A stretch of 63,987 nt of DNA, filler included, from Thraustochytrium aureum (lineage: Eukaryota), in NCBI GenBank assembly GCA_012862495.1. It is 7 parts of 5 records of this genome, joined end to end, with 100 filler letters (N's around TTAATTAATTAA, not from the genome) between each part and the next. Parts side by side here need not be neighbours in the genome. Positions count along the whole stretch, not along the records: positions 51,613 to 56,912 come from BLSG01000111.1; positions 57,013 to 62,779 come from BLSG01000112.1; positions 62,880 to 63,987 come from BLSG01000118.1; 4 more parts are not named here. One strand, given 5' to 3'. The notes under the pieces were generated by a model that saw only the letters and a program-made list of their open reading frames with translations, had not been told where the DNA came from and searched no databases. How positions within the stretch are numbered: position 1 is the first letter of the stretch; every line of letters starts with the position of its first letter. This document shows, piece by piece, positions 52,447 to 63,293 of this stretch. A program made the translations under genes and the position numbers.

Positions 52447-54213
52447 CTAGGCTTGGACAAGAGCTCCTGCATTTTCATCTGGCAAAGGCTGCGAGATCGC
52501 CTGCGACGAGGAGGAGACCAACGAAACAGGTTGCTCCGAGGCCGTCGAGGTCGTCGGAACACTGGCCGAGGAGTCGCGCAGGGCCTGGTCCGCATGCTGA
52601 GCGCCGACTTCAGACCCTTTCGGCGCCTCCGAATCCGACGCGTCAAACCCCTCCTGCACATCTGCACTTAACGGAACAGCGCCCTTTGGCCCAAGAGGCG
52701 GCAGGTCGCCTCTGTCCTCACCGAGGTGGAAGTGCTCGAAGAAGCCGACCGCGATGAAGGTGAAAAAGGCGCCCAGGCCGAGAAATGTGACGGCGGACAC
52801 CATCCCAGAAACCCACTCCTGGCACAGAGACTGGTGGACGATTTCCTGATACATCGGGTTGACTTTGCTGCAAGAAATGGCGTTGAGCACGCTGGTCACG
52901 TTTGGAACGAGCTCCTGGAGCGCCACAACAAAGACCTGGGTCAGAGCCGAGACGCACTCGGGCTCGAGGTTCTGCACGACCGTGTTAAGGACTCGCAGCG
53001 CAGAAATGAGGACGCCGAAGAGCAATCGTATTGCCGTTACGAGCTGCACAACGCGAGAAAGCCCCGTGCAGGTCTGGTAAAAGCAAAGCAGCACCTGCTC
53101 GTCACCGAGCGGGTTGCTGGGGGTGTGGCCAAACGGCACCACGGACTTGGTGCAGCTCGAGTTTGTAAGCATCGCTGGAGCGTCGGCAGCCTGCGCGACG
53201 AGCATTTGAATTTTCTGGTCGGGATTCGGCGCGCACAGGTCTGAGGCGGCGACGCTGACGGGCTTGAGCACAGCCGCAACCAAAATGGTCAATGTCGAAA
53301 GCAGCAAGCCAATGGTGAATACAGAGATGCACCAGCTGCGCGAGAGCACCCGGCGGAAGGCCTGGAGATGGCGCCCCCCGAGGGAGAGGAACCGGATGGT
53401 GGTGGTCAGCAGAAACCCAGCCAAAAGCACCAGCATGAGCGACGCGAGGACGATCAGGACGAGGCTGCGAACCTGGTCCGCGGGCTCAAAGACCTTGGCG
53501 GTATCCTCGATTCCGTCTGCAAGGGTGGGCAGGGTATCGACCATGGTCCTGAGACTAGCCGAGTTGTCTTCGAGGGCTTCGGTGACCTCTGCGAGGGTGG
53601 AATCTGAAATGGAGGAAGGGCAGGTCTGTGTCACGGTGGTCATCGCTGCGTGGGTCGCTTCTGACGCCTCAAGTGCGTTTGTAAGGTTGGCTGCGGCGCC
53701 GTTGAGCAGTTTGACGACTTGGTCCAAGGCTTGTTCCATGTTGCTTGAGCTCGTGCTGAGCTCCGTGTTGACGCCGAGCATGGCTGCCCACATCCCGATC
53801 GAGGTGATGCAGAGCGCAGCAAAGACCACAAAGCCCACCAGACGCGGCTTGGCGGCGCGCCTGTACTTGCATGTGCAGCAGCATGCCGTCGCGCAGAGGC
53901 CAGCGTACCAAATCAGCATGATACCGACCATAACGCACGGCACGATCAGAAGCCCCCAGTAGTACTCGCCGTAGTCGTACCCTTGGAGTGGGAGGAGAAG
54001 CACATTGGTGAAGCGCAACGCAAGGCTTTCGTGAGCGGCCAAGACGCGCCTAACCGGCGAGTAGCCGCGAACGGAAATGTTCTGCCCGATGTCAAGCGGC
54101 GGCAAGACCAGAAACTGGCTCGACACGTTGATCAACCCGGCGGCCAGAGTCCGAGGCTCGCTCCCGGCCGCTGCCAGCGCCTCCGCACCGTCCCACGACA
54201 CCGCCGCCGCCAT
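52447..54213 (-). CDS. Tweety/prominin-like multi-pass membrane protein
   Basis: Five TM segments, Cys cluster after TM1 (CATACCCTC), two long helical extracellular loops, SDLC..P motif. Confidence 0.65.
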   Translation of the reverse strand: MAAAVSWDGAEALAAAGSEPRTLAAGLINVSSQFLVLPPLDIGQNISVRGYSPVRRVLAAHESLALRFTNVLLLPLQGYDYGEYYWGLLIVPCVMVGIMLIWYAGLCATACCCTCKYRRAAKPRLVGFVVFAALCITSIGMWAAMLGVNTELSTSSSNMEQALDQVVKLLNGAAANLTNALEASEATHAAMTTVTQTCPSSISDSTLAEVTEALEDNSASLRTMVDTLPTLADGIEDTAKVFEPADQVRSLVLIVLASLMLVLLAGFLLTTTIRFLSLGGRHLQAFRRVLSRSWCISVFTIGLLLSTLTILVAAVLKPVSVAASDLCAPNPDQKIQMLVAQAADAPAMLTNSSCTKSVVPFGHTPSNPLGDEQVLLCFYQTCTGLSRVVQLVTAIRLLFGVLISALRVLNTVVQNLEPECVSALTQVFVVALQELVPNVTSVLNAISCSKVNPMYQEIVHQSLCQEWVSGMVSAVTFLGLGAFFTFIAVGFFEHFHLGEDRGDLPPLGPKGAVPLSADVQEGFDASDSEAPKGSEVGAQHADQALRDSSASVPTTSTASEQPVSLVSSSSQAISQPLPDENAGALVQA

Positions 54214-54352
54214 CTCCTGCGAGCCCGCCCCAGTCCTCATCCTGTTCGATTGCCAGACGGCGGCCGTGCGGGGTGCCCGCATCTGGAGTCTCTTCATTTC
54301 GAGTGCAACCTGGCGCTCGCTTCGTCGTTCTTCTGGCCGGTGAGATCAGAGA

Positions 54353-54545
54353 TCGGGATTCGGACGAGTCGGGGTGCCCGAAGTGTTCGTTGCGCTTGCC
54401 TGATCGCTGTGCACGAACACATTCACGTCCCACAGCCTCATCGAGCGCGTCCTCGGCGAGCTCGCTGCTCCTCGTTGAGCGCCTGCCCGCCCGCGTGGTC
54501 GGGATTCGGACGAGTCGGGGTGCCCGAAGTGTTCGTTGCGCTTGC
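54353..54545. repeat. 47-bp exact direct repeat (54353-54399, 54499-54545)
   Basis: TCGGGATTCGGACGAGTCGGGGTGCCCGAAGTGTTCGTTGCGCTTGC occurs twice, 146 bp apart. Confidence 0.9.
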
Positions 54546-55434
54546 TTGCCTGACCGCCCGTGCACAAACCAATTCATCAAAGCCTCGTGACTCCGCGCTG
54601 AGCGCAGCAGCCCGCCGTCCCACAGCCGCGGCGCATCCAGACGCGGGCATCGAGCATCGAGCGAGCGACCGAGCAGCGCAGCGTACGAACTCACTCCTGC
54701 TCTGGAGCCGTGCACGAGCCGCGAGCACCAGCCGCTGCNNNNNNNNNNNNNNNNNNNNNNNNNNNNNNNNNNNNNNNNNNNNNNNNNNNNNNNNNNNNNN
54801 NNNNNNNNNNNNNNNNNNNNNNNNNNNNNNNNNNNNNNNNNNNNNNNNNNNNNNNNNNNNNNNNNNNNNNNNNNNNNNNNNNNNNNNNNNNNNNNNNNNN
54901 NNNNNNNNNNNNNNNNNNNNNNNNNNNNNNNNNNNNNNNNNNNNNNNNNNNNNNNNNNNNNNNNNNNNNNNNNNNNNNNNNNNNNNNNNNNNNNNNNNNN
55001 NNNNNNNNNNNNNNNNNNNNNNNNNNNNNNNNNNNNNNNNNNNNNNNNNNNNNNNNNNNNNNNNNNNNNNNNNNNNNNNNNNNNNNNNNNNNNNNNNNNN
55101 NNNNNNNNNNNNNNNNNNNNNNNNNNNNNNNNNNNNNNNNNNNNNNNNNNNNNNNNNNNNNNNNNNNNNNNNNNNNNNNNNNNNNNNNNNNNNNNNNNNN
55201 NNNNNNNNNNNNNNNNNNNNNNNNNNNNNNNNNNNNNNNNNNNNNNNNNNNCGTTCGGCGTCAGAGTCGCGAAGCGCCGAAACCGAGGCAAGAACGGACC
55301 GGGCCTCGACGACTGGAGAGAACGGAGCCTGCACGCGGGCTCGGACGGCCGGGGGGCCGCTCTGGCGCTGGGCTCGTGGGCGAGAAGGGCGGACGCGGCC
55401 GGGGAGGGAGCGCGGGGAGCCTTGTCGGGGCGAG

Positions 55435-56194
55435 ATGACGGTCGGAGTGCAGGTCGGGCAGGAAGGTGAGTCTGTGTCGGGCGCGTCGAGGCAGGGGGCC
55501 CGCGGGAGGGGGGTCGCGGTCGGTCGGTCCGCTAACGGTGTTTCCGAACCGGACGATGTGCGCAGTGCCCAACTTTGTTGGCCAGACCCAAAAGGGGGAA
55601 ATCAACCTGCACGACTACATCACCGGCAGCTGGTGCATCCTCTTCTCGCACCCCGCCGACTTTACGCCAGTGTGCACGACCGAGTTCGGCATGGTCGCCA
55701 AGCTCAAGGAGGAGTTTGAGGCCCGCAACTGCAAGGTGCTTGGACTGTCGCGCAACTCGGTCGACTCGCACGAGGCCTGGATCAAGGACATCAACGAGAC
55801 GCAGGACACCGAGGTGGACTTTCCCATCATCGCAGACGAGGAATCGGATATCTCGACCCTGCTCGGGGTTTGCGACGCCGACCAAGAGATCGTCAACCGC
55901 ACGCTGTTCATCATCGACCCAAACCGCAAGGTGCAGCTCAACATGGTGTACCCGAGCAACACGGGGCGCAACTTTTACGAAGTTATCCGCTGCCTCGACA
56001 GCCTGCAGCTCACAGAGTACCACCAGGTGGGAACGCCGGCGAACTGGAAGAACGGCGAAGACGTCGTCATTCTGCCGCACGTTCCCAACGACAAGGCCGT
56101 CGAGCTCTTTCCGAAGGGCTTCACCACCATCAAGCCGTACTTGCGCATCACGCCGATGCCGGACCTCGCCGAAGGCCCCCTGGCTTACGAGTAA
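55435..56194 (+). CDS. PRDX6: 1-Cys peroxiredoxin, Prx6 family (2 exons: 55435-55465, 55566-56194)
   Basis: FSHPADFTPVCTTE, YPSNTGRNFYE, TPANW. A 100-nt intron (GTGAGT...GCTAAC...GCAG) gives MTVGVQVGQE-V-PNF. Confidence 0.93.
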
Positions 56195-56265
56195 GCCGCT
56201 TGTGGCTTTGCTGCGTCGCCACCCTGGCTTTACGAGTAAGCCGCTCGTGGCATTGCTGCGTCGCC
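56178..56265. repeat. About 44-bp tandem duplication spanning the Prx6 stop codon
   Basis: CCCTGGCTT(T)ACGAGTAAGCCGCTyGTGGCwTTGCTGCGTCGCC, two copies. Confidence 0.9.
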
Positions 56266-57016
56266 GCGTTGCGTTTCCATAGTTCCCCTGTCTTGCCTTC
56301 ATCCATCCGCCCGAACGAATTTGAATTTGAATTGATTTCGCGCCCATCTCATCAGCGCCTGCATCCGAACGGATTGCGTGTTGTCCACGCCGCAGGCGCT
56401 CTGCCGCGTGCTTCGCTCGAAGCATTCTGTTCTGCCCTGAACCGCACTTGCAGGCCAGACCTCCACCTCGTTTGTTCCGATTCGTTCCAACCATTTCCCC
56501 GAAACAGCACTCGCTGCCTCCCTCACACCAGCGAGCGCCTGCCTTCCCCTCCCTGGCGCTGTCCCCTCACAGCACGTTCCCAATCGTCTCACACGCCCGC
56601 GTGAGAAGGAGGCACTCAAGAGCAGAGCACGGCCGTTTGCAGGGCACCCGCACGCACCTCGCGCTGTAGTCAGCAGGGTATCCCCTCAGAGGCCGCTTCA
56701 GGGAAGAAAGATCCGGAAGGACCCTCTCCCAGCCCAAAGCCCCACCCAAACTCCTCCACAGCGTTGAGAGCATCAAACTCCTCGCCTCCAGCAACAGGCG
56801 AGAGAGTACCAGAGTAGAGTAGAGTTGAGAGAACACAAGGAAGCCCAAGCGAAACCTCCCAACAGATTTCAAGAGCGAACGCAGAGCAGAGAGCAGCGCG
56901 TTTTATTAATTCNNNNNNNNNNNNNNNNNNNNNNNNNNNNNNNNNNNNNNNNNNNNTTAATTAATTAANNNNNNNNNNNNNNNNNNNNNNNNNNNNNNNN
57001 NNNNNNNNNNNNCACG

Positions 57017-58059
57017 ATGAGTTTCCAACAACAGCCGCCAGCGCAGCAGCAGGGCGGGTTTGGCGGGACAGGGCTAGTTATGGCTCGCCGTACTCGGGCA
57101 ACGCCGGAGGGTTTGGCGGGGTCGGCTTGGGGGCTGGCGCTGCTCATCAACCGCAGCAGCAGCAGCAGCAGCAGCAGCAGTCACCTTACACGGGCGTGCC
57201 GCACGGCATGGAAAACCTGCGGTCGCTGGCAGAAAACCCCGTGGTCCAGACGTATGCGGCCAACAACCTTCGCGACATGCATGACCACATAACCAGCCAG
57301 TACCTCCCCGGCGCGAGCTCGCTCTGGAACAGCCTGCGGTACTACTTTCACGTGGACAACCGGTACGTGGTGAAGAAGATGCAGCTGATCGTCTTCCCGT
57401 GGCGCCACAAGGAGTGGTCAAGGATCCGCGTCGGGGACGAGAGCGTCGACGGCGCGAGCCAGCTGCGCGTGAGCGACTTTGCCCCGCCCGTGGGAGACCT
57501 GAACGCGCCAGACATGTACCTGCCCATCATGTCATTTGTCACGTACGTGCTCTGCATCGGCTTCCTCAAGGGCACGCGCGGGTCTTTCAACCCGCAGGTG
57601 CTGCAAGACACGTTCGGGACCTCGGGACTCACGCTGCTGGCCGAAGTTGTCATCATGAAGGGCGGGCTCCACGCCATCAAGGACGCGCCAACAAAAATCG
57701 CTTGGCTCGACCTGTGCGTTTTGGCGGGGTACAAGTACAGCTTGTTGGCCGAGTGCCTGCTGGTGGGCATCCTGCTGGGCTCGACCGTGTACAACGTCGT
57801 CATCCTGTACGCCTGTCTTGCGTCGGCGTTCTTTATCTTCAAGACGCTGGAGAAGACCGTGCCGCGCCCCGGCCACGAAGCCTCTGGCCACAAGCGCCGG
57901 CTTTACTACCTCCTCGCAAGCGCGGGCCTGCAGCTCTTGGTGATGGCCTTTTTGGGCTTTACGCGGGACCTCGGCGAGACGACGCTGTTCCAAGGGTCGT
58001 ATGGCGCGATAGAGGCTCTCGAGGCGGACATGGGCGACGACAACGAGGCAGACGTGTGA
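57017..58059 (+). CDS. YIF1: YIF1/Hrf1-family ER-Golgi membrane protein (frame break near the 5' end)
   Basis: LRYYFHVDNRYVVKKMQLIVFPW, DLNAPDMYLPIMSFVTYVL, GYKY, five TM segments. Confidence 0.9.
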
Positions 58060-58112
58060 GCGAGCCGGAAATGTGCGTGCGGACGTGTGAGCGAGCCGGA
58101 AATGTGCGTGCG
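58051..58112. repeat. 31-bp tandem duplication spanning the YIF1 stop codon
   Basis: GACGTGTGAGCGAGCCGGAAATGTGCGTGCG, two copies. Confidence 0.9.
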
Positions 58113-58239
58113 AGCGAGCGAGCCCGAGGCCTACGAGAAAGCGAGCCCGCGTCGTCTGCCAGCTCGCGCCGCTCCGACGTCGGCCCTCTGGCGGTTCCTA
58201 ACACAAAAGAATCTCAGTTTTTGCTAGTTTTGCCCACAG

Positions 58240-59002
58240 TCAGGCCCTCTCAGAAACGGCGGAGCGGTCTTCACCGAGCCCAGCCGAGCCCTGAAAGTCT
58301 GCCAAGCTCAGCTCGCCCGCCGGCAAAAGCTCGCGCCAACGGCGGAGCAAGTTTGAGCGCAACTTCGCCAGCGAGTCCCGCTCTAACTGAAGGTCTAGCT
58401 CGGCAGAGACGAGAGAGGCTGGGTACGGCTCGTCCGGCCCGGCCTCGCGGCGGTGCTCGGCCCACAAATGAGAAATCCCAGCCTCCGCTTCGTCAACGAC
58501 CTTCCTCCTCGCATTGTACTCGTGCATGTCTTGACCCAGTCTCAAAAGGTCTTGGAGAGCATGTGCACGAAGGACGCGGGGCTCGATGATCCGCCGCAGT
58601 TTCGGGTCTTGCTCCACAACGCGAAAAGCTTCGCACTGAATTTTTCGCACGGTGGCAACCGGAGGCACGCTCTCGCGCACAAGCAGGACGCCAGCGGCCA
58701 GCTCTGACAGGCTCTGGCGCACCCCCACCTCGTCCTGGTCAAAGACGCCGCGGCTGGGGTTGACGAGGTGGAACGGAGGCCAGTACGGTGAGCTCTGCCC
58801 CCGCAGGCAGGTCTGCCGCTTGAGCGTCCGCGCACAGCTCTGCTTGAGCTCGAACAATCGCGTCAAGGCCGCCGATCGACGCCGAGCAGCTACAGAGCGC
58901 TCCGAGCACTTGCCACACCCACGCAGCAATCTGGTCGCGCTCCCAGTCCCCGCTACCCGCTTCAGCCAAAGCGCGAAGCTTTTCTGCGGCTGCCGCGACG
59001 AC
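58240..59002 (-). CDS. Hypothetical protein, C-terminal part (5' end in gap)
   Basis: Open frame of about 250 codons with helical, protein-like composition, convergent with YIF1. Confidence 0.45.
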
Positions 59003-60079
59003 NNNNNNNNNNNNNNNNNNNNNNNNNNNNNNNNNNNNNNNNNNNNNNNNNNNNNNNNNNNNNNNNNNNNNNNNNNNNNNNNNNNNNNNNNNNNNNNNNN
59101 NNNNNNNNNNNNNNNNNNNNNNNNNNNNNNNNNNNNNNNNNNNNNNNNNNNNNNNNNNNNNNNNNNNNNNNNNNNNNNNNNNNNNNNNNNNNNNNNNNNN
59201 NNNNNNNNNNNNNNNNNNNNNNNNNNNNNNNNNNNNNNNNNNNNNNNNNNNNNNNNNNNNNNNNNNNNNNNNNNNNNNNNNNNNNNNNNNNNNNNNNNNN
59301 NNNNNNNNNNNNNNNNNNNNNNNNNNNNNNNNNNNNNNNNNNNNNNNNNNNNNNNNNNNNNNNNNNNNNNNNNNNNNNNNNNNNNNNNNNNNNNNNNNNN
59401 NNNNNNNNNNNNNNNNNNNNNNNNNNNNNNNNNNNNNNNNNNNNNNNNNNNNNNNNNNNNNNNNNNNNNNNNNNNNNNNNNNNNNNNNNNNNNNNNNNNN
59501 NNNNNNNNNNNNNNNNNNNNNNNNNNNNNNNNNNNNNNNNNNNNNNNNNNNNNNNNNNNNNNNNNNNNNNNNNNNNNNNNNNNNNNNNNNNNNNNNNNNN
59601 NNNNNNNNNNNNNNNNNNNNNNNNNNNNNNNNNNNNNNNNNNNNNNNNNNNNNNNNNNNNNNNNNNNNNNNNNNNNNNNNNNNNNNNNNNNNNNNNNNNN
59701 NNNNNNNNNNNNNNNNNNNNNNNNNNNNNNNNNNNNNNNNNNNNNNNNNNNNNNNNNNNNNNNNNNNNNNNNNNNNNNNNNNNNNNNNNNNNNNNNNNNN
59801 NNNNNNNNNNNNNNNNNNNNNNNNNNNNNNNNNNNNNNNNNNNNNNNNNNNNNNNNNNNNNNNNNNNNNNNNNNNNNNNNNNNNNNNNNNNNNNNNNNNN
59901 NNNNNNNNNNNNNNNNNNNNNNNNNNNNNNNNNNNNNNNNNNNNNNNNNNNNNNNNNNNNNNNNNNNNNGGTTCGTGTGGGCCATCGTGGCCTTTGCTTT
60001 TTTTTTACTGGCATCAAGATCTGACAAATCGAAGCGAGTCATGTTATGGTTTTTCAATTGCTCGGTGCACTCCGGAATG

Positions 60080-61819
60080 TCAAACGATGGCAGTGCGGGG
60101 AACTGCCCAAGGCGGCGACGGGGCCTCGAGGACCAGAACGTCGTCGTCATTTAGCGGCGTCGGCGGCGACAGCGGCTCGCGCTCGTCGTCCGCGTGGCGC
60201 GCCTCCTCGGCGAACCTGTCGTTTCGAGAAGCAAACTCGTCCGCGGCCCCGCCAGCCGCGTCGGCAGAAAAGCGGCGCATCTCTAGCTGGCCGCGTGCGG
60301 CCCCGGCCACGTCGCGGTGAGGCCAGAAGGCGAGCGCAAACATCCAAACAAACGTACTGAGGAGCCCATGCGAAAACACGAGCGCAGTCCCATTGGCTGG
60401 CGCCATGGCCGTGTCGATGCTCGAAGAGCCAAGCCAGAGCGAGGCGCCCAGCATGAACAGCGTCAAGGTGTTTAGCGCAAATACAAACTGGTCCGCGCCC
60501 GTGATGTAGTTTCGGAGCCAGACGCCGTTCACGAGCAAAACCGCAACCCACAAGGCGTACGAGACCAGCACAACAACGACCAGCACAAAGTACACCCAGA
60601 TGTGGCCCACGTCGTGCCGCGGGTCAAACGCAGGGTCGACATGCTGCTGAACGCGAAGGAAAACTTCGCCGGTCAGAGCTGCCACCCACACCATGGCGCA
60701 CAGCGAAGCCTTGCCCCAGTGGTGAAGGAACACGTTCTTGACGCTGCCCCTCCCCGTCGTGGAGCTGGAGCCGTCCTCGGCGCTCATTGACGAAAAGCTG
60801 GGCTTTGCCTTCGCAGCTGCGCTGGCGCCAAAGCGCAGCTCGCCGACCGAAATGAGGACCTTTGACGGAGCGTGTAGTGGGCCCTTTTGCTTTTTCACTT
60901 GGTGGGCGCTCTGGCGAATCTTGGAGGGCGTCAAAAGCCAAAAGAAGAGGAGCAGCACGAGGAAGGAGATCGAGGCGACCACGTGGAAAAGCTGCAGCCA
61001 AAGACTCTGAAGGCGAACCTGGTATATCACAAGCGGGTCGTTGTAAAATACCAGCAGTACCAGCAGTGCGACCACCCAGCGCTGTTCGTACGAGAGGGCA
61101 GCGAGTTTGCGAAATCGAATTGCAGACGCGACAAACAGGGCCAACGAAATCGCGACCATGCTGAGCTTGAACCCCACCTCGAAATGCGTGAACTGCGTTG
61201 ACGTAAACTCCATGAACACGGTGCCATACACGCCAAGGCGCCCAGGCGCCTCTGCGCGGCAGTACGCTTCGGAGAACGCCTCGCCAAACGTGATGTCGAC
61301 CTCGTAGGTTGCATACCTCACAAGGCTGAGGCTGAGGAGCTGAAGGCCCGCGCACAGCGGGCGCTCGGCGCCTTTCAAAACCACGGCAGGGCCCTGGAAT
61401 GCGTCGCAGGACGTGGGCCTGTAGTGCGAGGCGTTCAGCGCGAGGGCGTCTTTCGTCCCATCTGCGTTGATGCCCGAGACCTTGATGTCAACGTGTCCCG
61501 AGGCTGGCGCCACATCCCGGAAAGCATTGTTGAGAGGCTCGGCAAAGGCGAGGCTTACTTGGACGAATTGGTGGAGGCTTTGCATCTTGTCGATGCGGAG
61601 CCGCATCGCGGTCGTGCGGCAGCTGCCGCAAGGCGTCGCTGCCGTCTGCGCCACATCCAGGCTCTCGCACAAGGCAGTGCCGTGCGAGCGCGAGACGGAT
61701 AGGTATTCCGGGGCAACTCTCGCAAGGGCAGCGAACCCGACGACTAGCGTCACGGTAAGAGCGAGCAACTTGGTGCAGCCAGCCTGCTCCACGAGGAAGC
61801 GCCGGCCAGAAGAACGCAT
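60080..61819 (-). CDS. TMEM181: TMEM181 / Wntless-like multi-pass membrane protein
   Basis: N-terminal TM, luminal domain, then FTHFEVGFK and SYEQRWVVALLVLLVFYNDP...SFLVLLLFFWL, as in TMEM181 (EQKW...LLYNDP). ATG at 61819. The true C-terminus may extend in another frame. Confidence 0.75.
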   Translation of the reverse strand: MRSSGRRFLVEQAGCTKLLALTVTLVVGFAALARVAPEYLSVSRSHGTALCESLDVAQTAATPCGSCRTTAMRLRIDKMQSLHQFVQVSLAFAEPLNNAFRDVAPASGHVDIKVSGINADGTKDALALNASHYRPTSCDAFQGPAVVLKGAERPLCAGLQLLSLSLVRYATYEVDITFGEAFSEAYCRAEAPGRLGVYGTVFMEFTSTQFTHFEVGFKLSMVAISLALFVASAIRFRKLAALSYEQRWVVALLVLLVFYNDPLVIYQVRLQSLWLQLFHVVASISFLVLLLFFWLLTPSKIRQSAHQVKKQKGPLHAPSKVLISVGELRFGASAAAKAKPSFSSMSAEDGSSSTTGRGSVKNVFLHHWGKASLCAMVWVAALTGEVFLRVQQHVDPAFDPRHDVGHIWVYFVLVVVVLVSYALWVAVLLVNGVWLRNYITGADQFVFALNTLTLFMLGASLWLGSSSIDTAMAPANGTALVFSHGLLSTFVWMFALAFWPHRDVAGAARGQLEMRRFSADAAGGAADEFASRNDRFAEEARHADDEREPLSPPTPLNDDDVLVLEAPSPPWAVPRTAIV

Positions 61820-63239
61820 GCTCGGCCAGCGAGCGAGTGGCCCGCCGGTCGTTTCCACCGAGCTACTCCAATTGTACTCGCAAAGCCCTGCGCTTGCCTT
61901 GCTCTCGCGGTGCGTTGCTTCCGCCCCGCCTCGCAGCGTGCTGCACCTCCCCCCCGATCCGCGCGCGACCTGCGTGCCGGTCTGCTGGCACTTGCCAGGC
62001 AAGGCGCCTGTGAGACTCGCAAGACCGCGAGACAATTGCCTCTCTACAAGGGCGAAACGGCGGCAGATGCTCGCAGATGCTCGCAGAGATGCTCGAGCGA
62101 CGCGTTCCACCAGTATTCCCGCGGCGGCTTTCGAGACGCGCAAGCGAGCCCAGCAGCGCAGTGCCAGCACAGGTGTTTGCAGGAAGGCAACTGGTGCAAC
62201 GGTAACATGACCCGCTAATATGAAATAACCCCCAATCGCGCGTTGGGCGTTCTCGCGTTGTACCTAGGCCTACATACTTCCAGCACAAGAAGCCCGCGCC
62301 GTGGGGCTTCACGACACTGCGGCTCACATGTGAGTTCTTGGCAGGAGGACCAAATAAGATACGCTCGACAGCATGGTGATTCACATGTTTGTCACGGAGG
62401 CTTTGTCAGGCTCGTCACCAACTTCCGTTCAGACTTTTGGGTAGAGCTGGAGTACCTACGGGACTCTCTCTCTCTCTAGAGAGAGCTCTCTGGAGTGCTA
62501 GGCTAGAGCTCTAGAGCTAGGCCGGGGGCTCTTCAGCATGCGGCCTCCGACGCGCGCAGAGATGTCCCGTCACAGGCTGCTGAAGGAGGCATCCTTCACT
62601 TCTTTTCCGTAGTTTTAGCCCAGTATGGATCATTTCCCTGCCAAGTTGGGCTCGGGCTCGGGTTGTACTCGGTGTGAGGACCTCATCGCGTTGTTCTACT
62701 GCTTGCCTAAATCCAACTGGGCTACCAGAGGGATCGCTCATTTTGGTTTCCAGACGGACTGCTGACGCTGGAGAATGTCNNNNNNNNNNNNNNNNNNNNN
62801 NNNNNNNNNNNNNNNNNNNNNNNTTAATTAATTAANNNNNNNNNNNNNNNNNNNNNNNNNNNNNNNNNNNNNNNNNNNNGGTAATTCAACCCATGCATAG
62901 CCGTTGTACTTTGGGCTGGCTAAGCGGTCAGAATCTGAGCGGAGTCTTATTGGGGACTTCTACCGTTTGGCGGCGTGTGCCGCTCGGCTCTCATCGACGC
63001 CGAGCCGTTGACCTCAACGGATAAGGTTTTGTCAGGTGTAACCTCCTCTGGGCCTTGCAAATCGGATGACTCTCAGCGCGTGTCGCGACACGCGCTGCTA
63101 GTGTCGCCCCGCCTCGAACGTTAAGCGGTCTCTCTACATCCACCGGAACCAGGCACACAGGATGGCCGCCGAAGCGCTCGCCGGCCGACCAGCAGCACAG
63201 ACAACCCGTGTTTTCGCGAAACAACTTGAAACAAGTGCT

Positions 63240-63293
63240 GCAAGTGACTCTCCGCTCTCCAGCGTGCCGCAAGTGACTCTCCGCTCTCCAGCG
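63240..63293. repeat. Short tandem duplication (period 29 bp)
   Basis: GCAAGTGACTCTCCGCTCTCCAGCG, two copies. Confidence 0.8.

Noticed and set aside
5950..57130. Programmed frameshifting or mass pseudogenisation (breaks near 5960, 6135, 8752, 28095, 32010, 35810, 46150, 47307, 49500, 57075)
   Set aside because: Breaks are mostly single-base changes in homopolymer runs and also hit essential genes such as GluRS and YIF1. Pyrosequencing-type errors are the simplest explanation.
58240..60150. Single 636-aa ORF spanning the gap (and similar X-filled ORFs)
   Set aside because: Frame continuity through N runs is meaningless because gap lengths are estimates.
22119..62835. Palindromic TTAATTAATTAA as a biological repeat, and gene neighbourhoods across it
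   Set aside because: Always embedded in fixed-length N runs, so it is an artificial scaffold spacer. Adjacency across spacers carries no biological information.
62880..63130. Possible structured ncRNA (hairpins CCGTTGA-CC-TCAACGG and CGGCTC...GAGCCG)
   Set aside because: Short stems are expected in GC-rich DNA; no tRNA, snRNA or snoRNA signature recognised.
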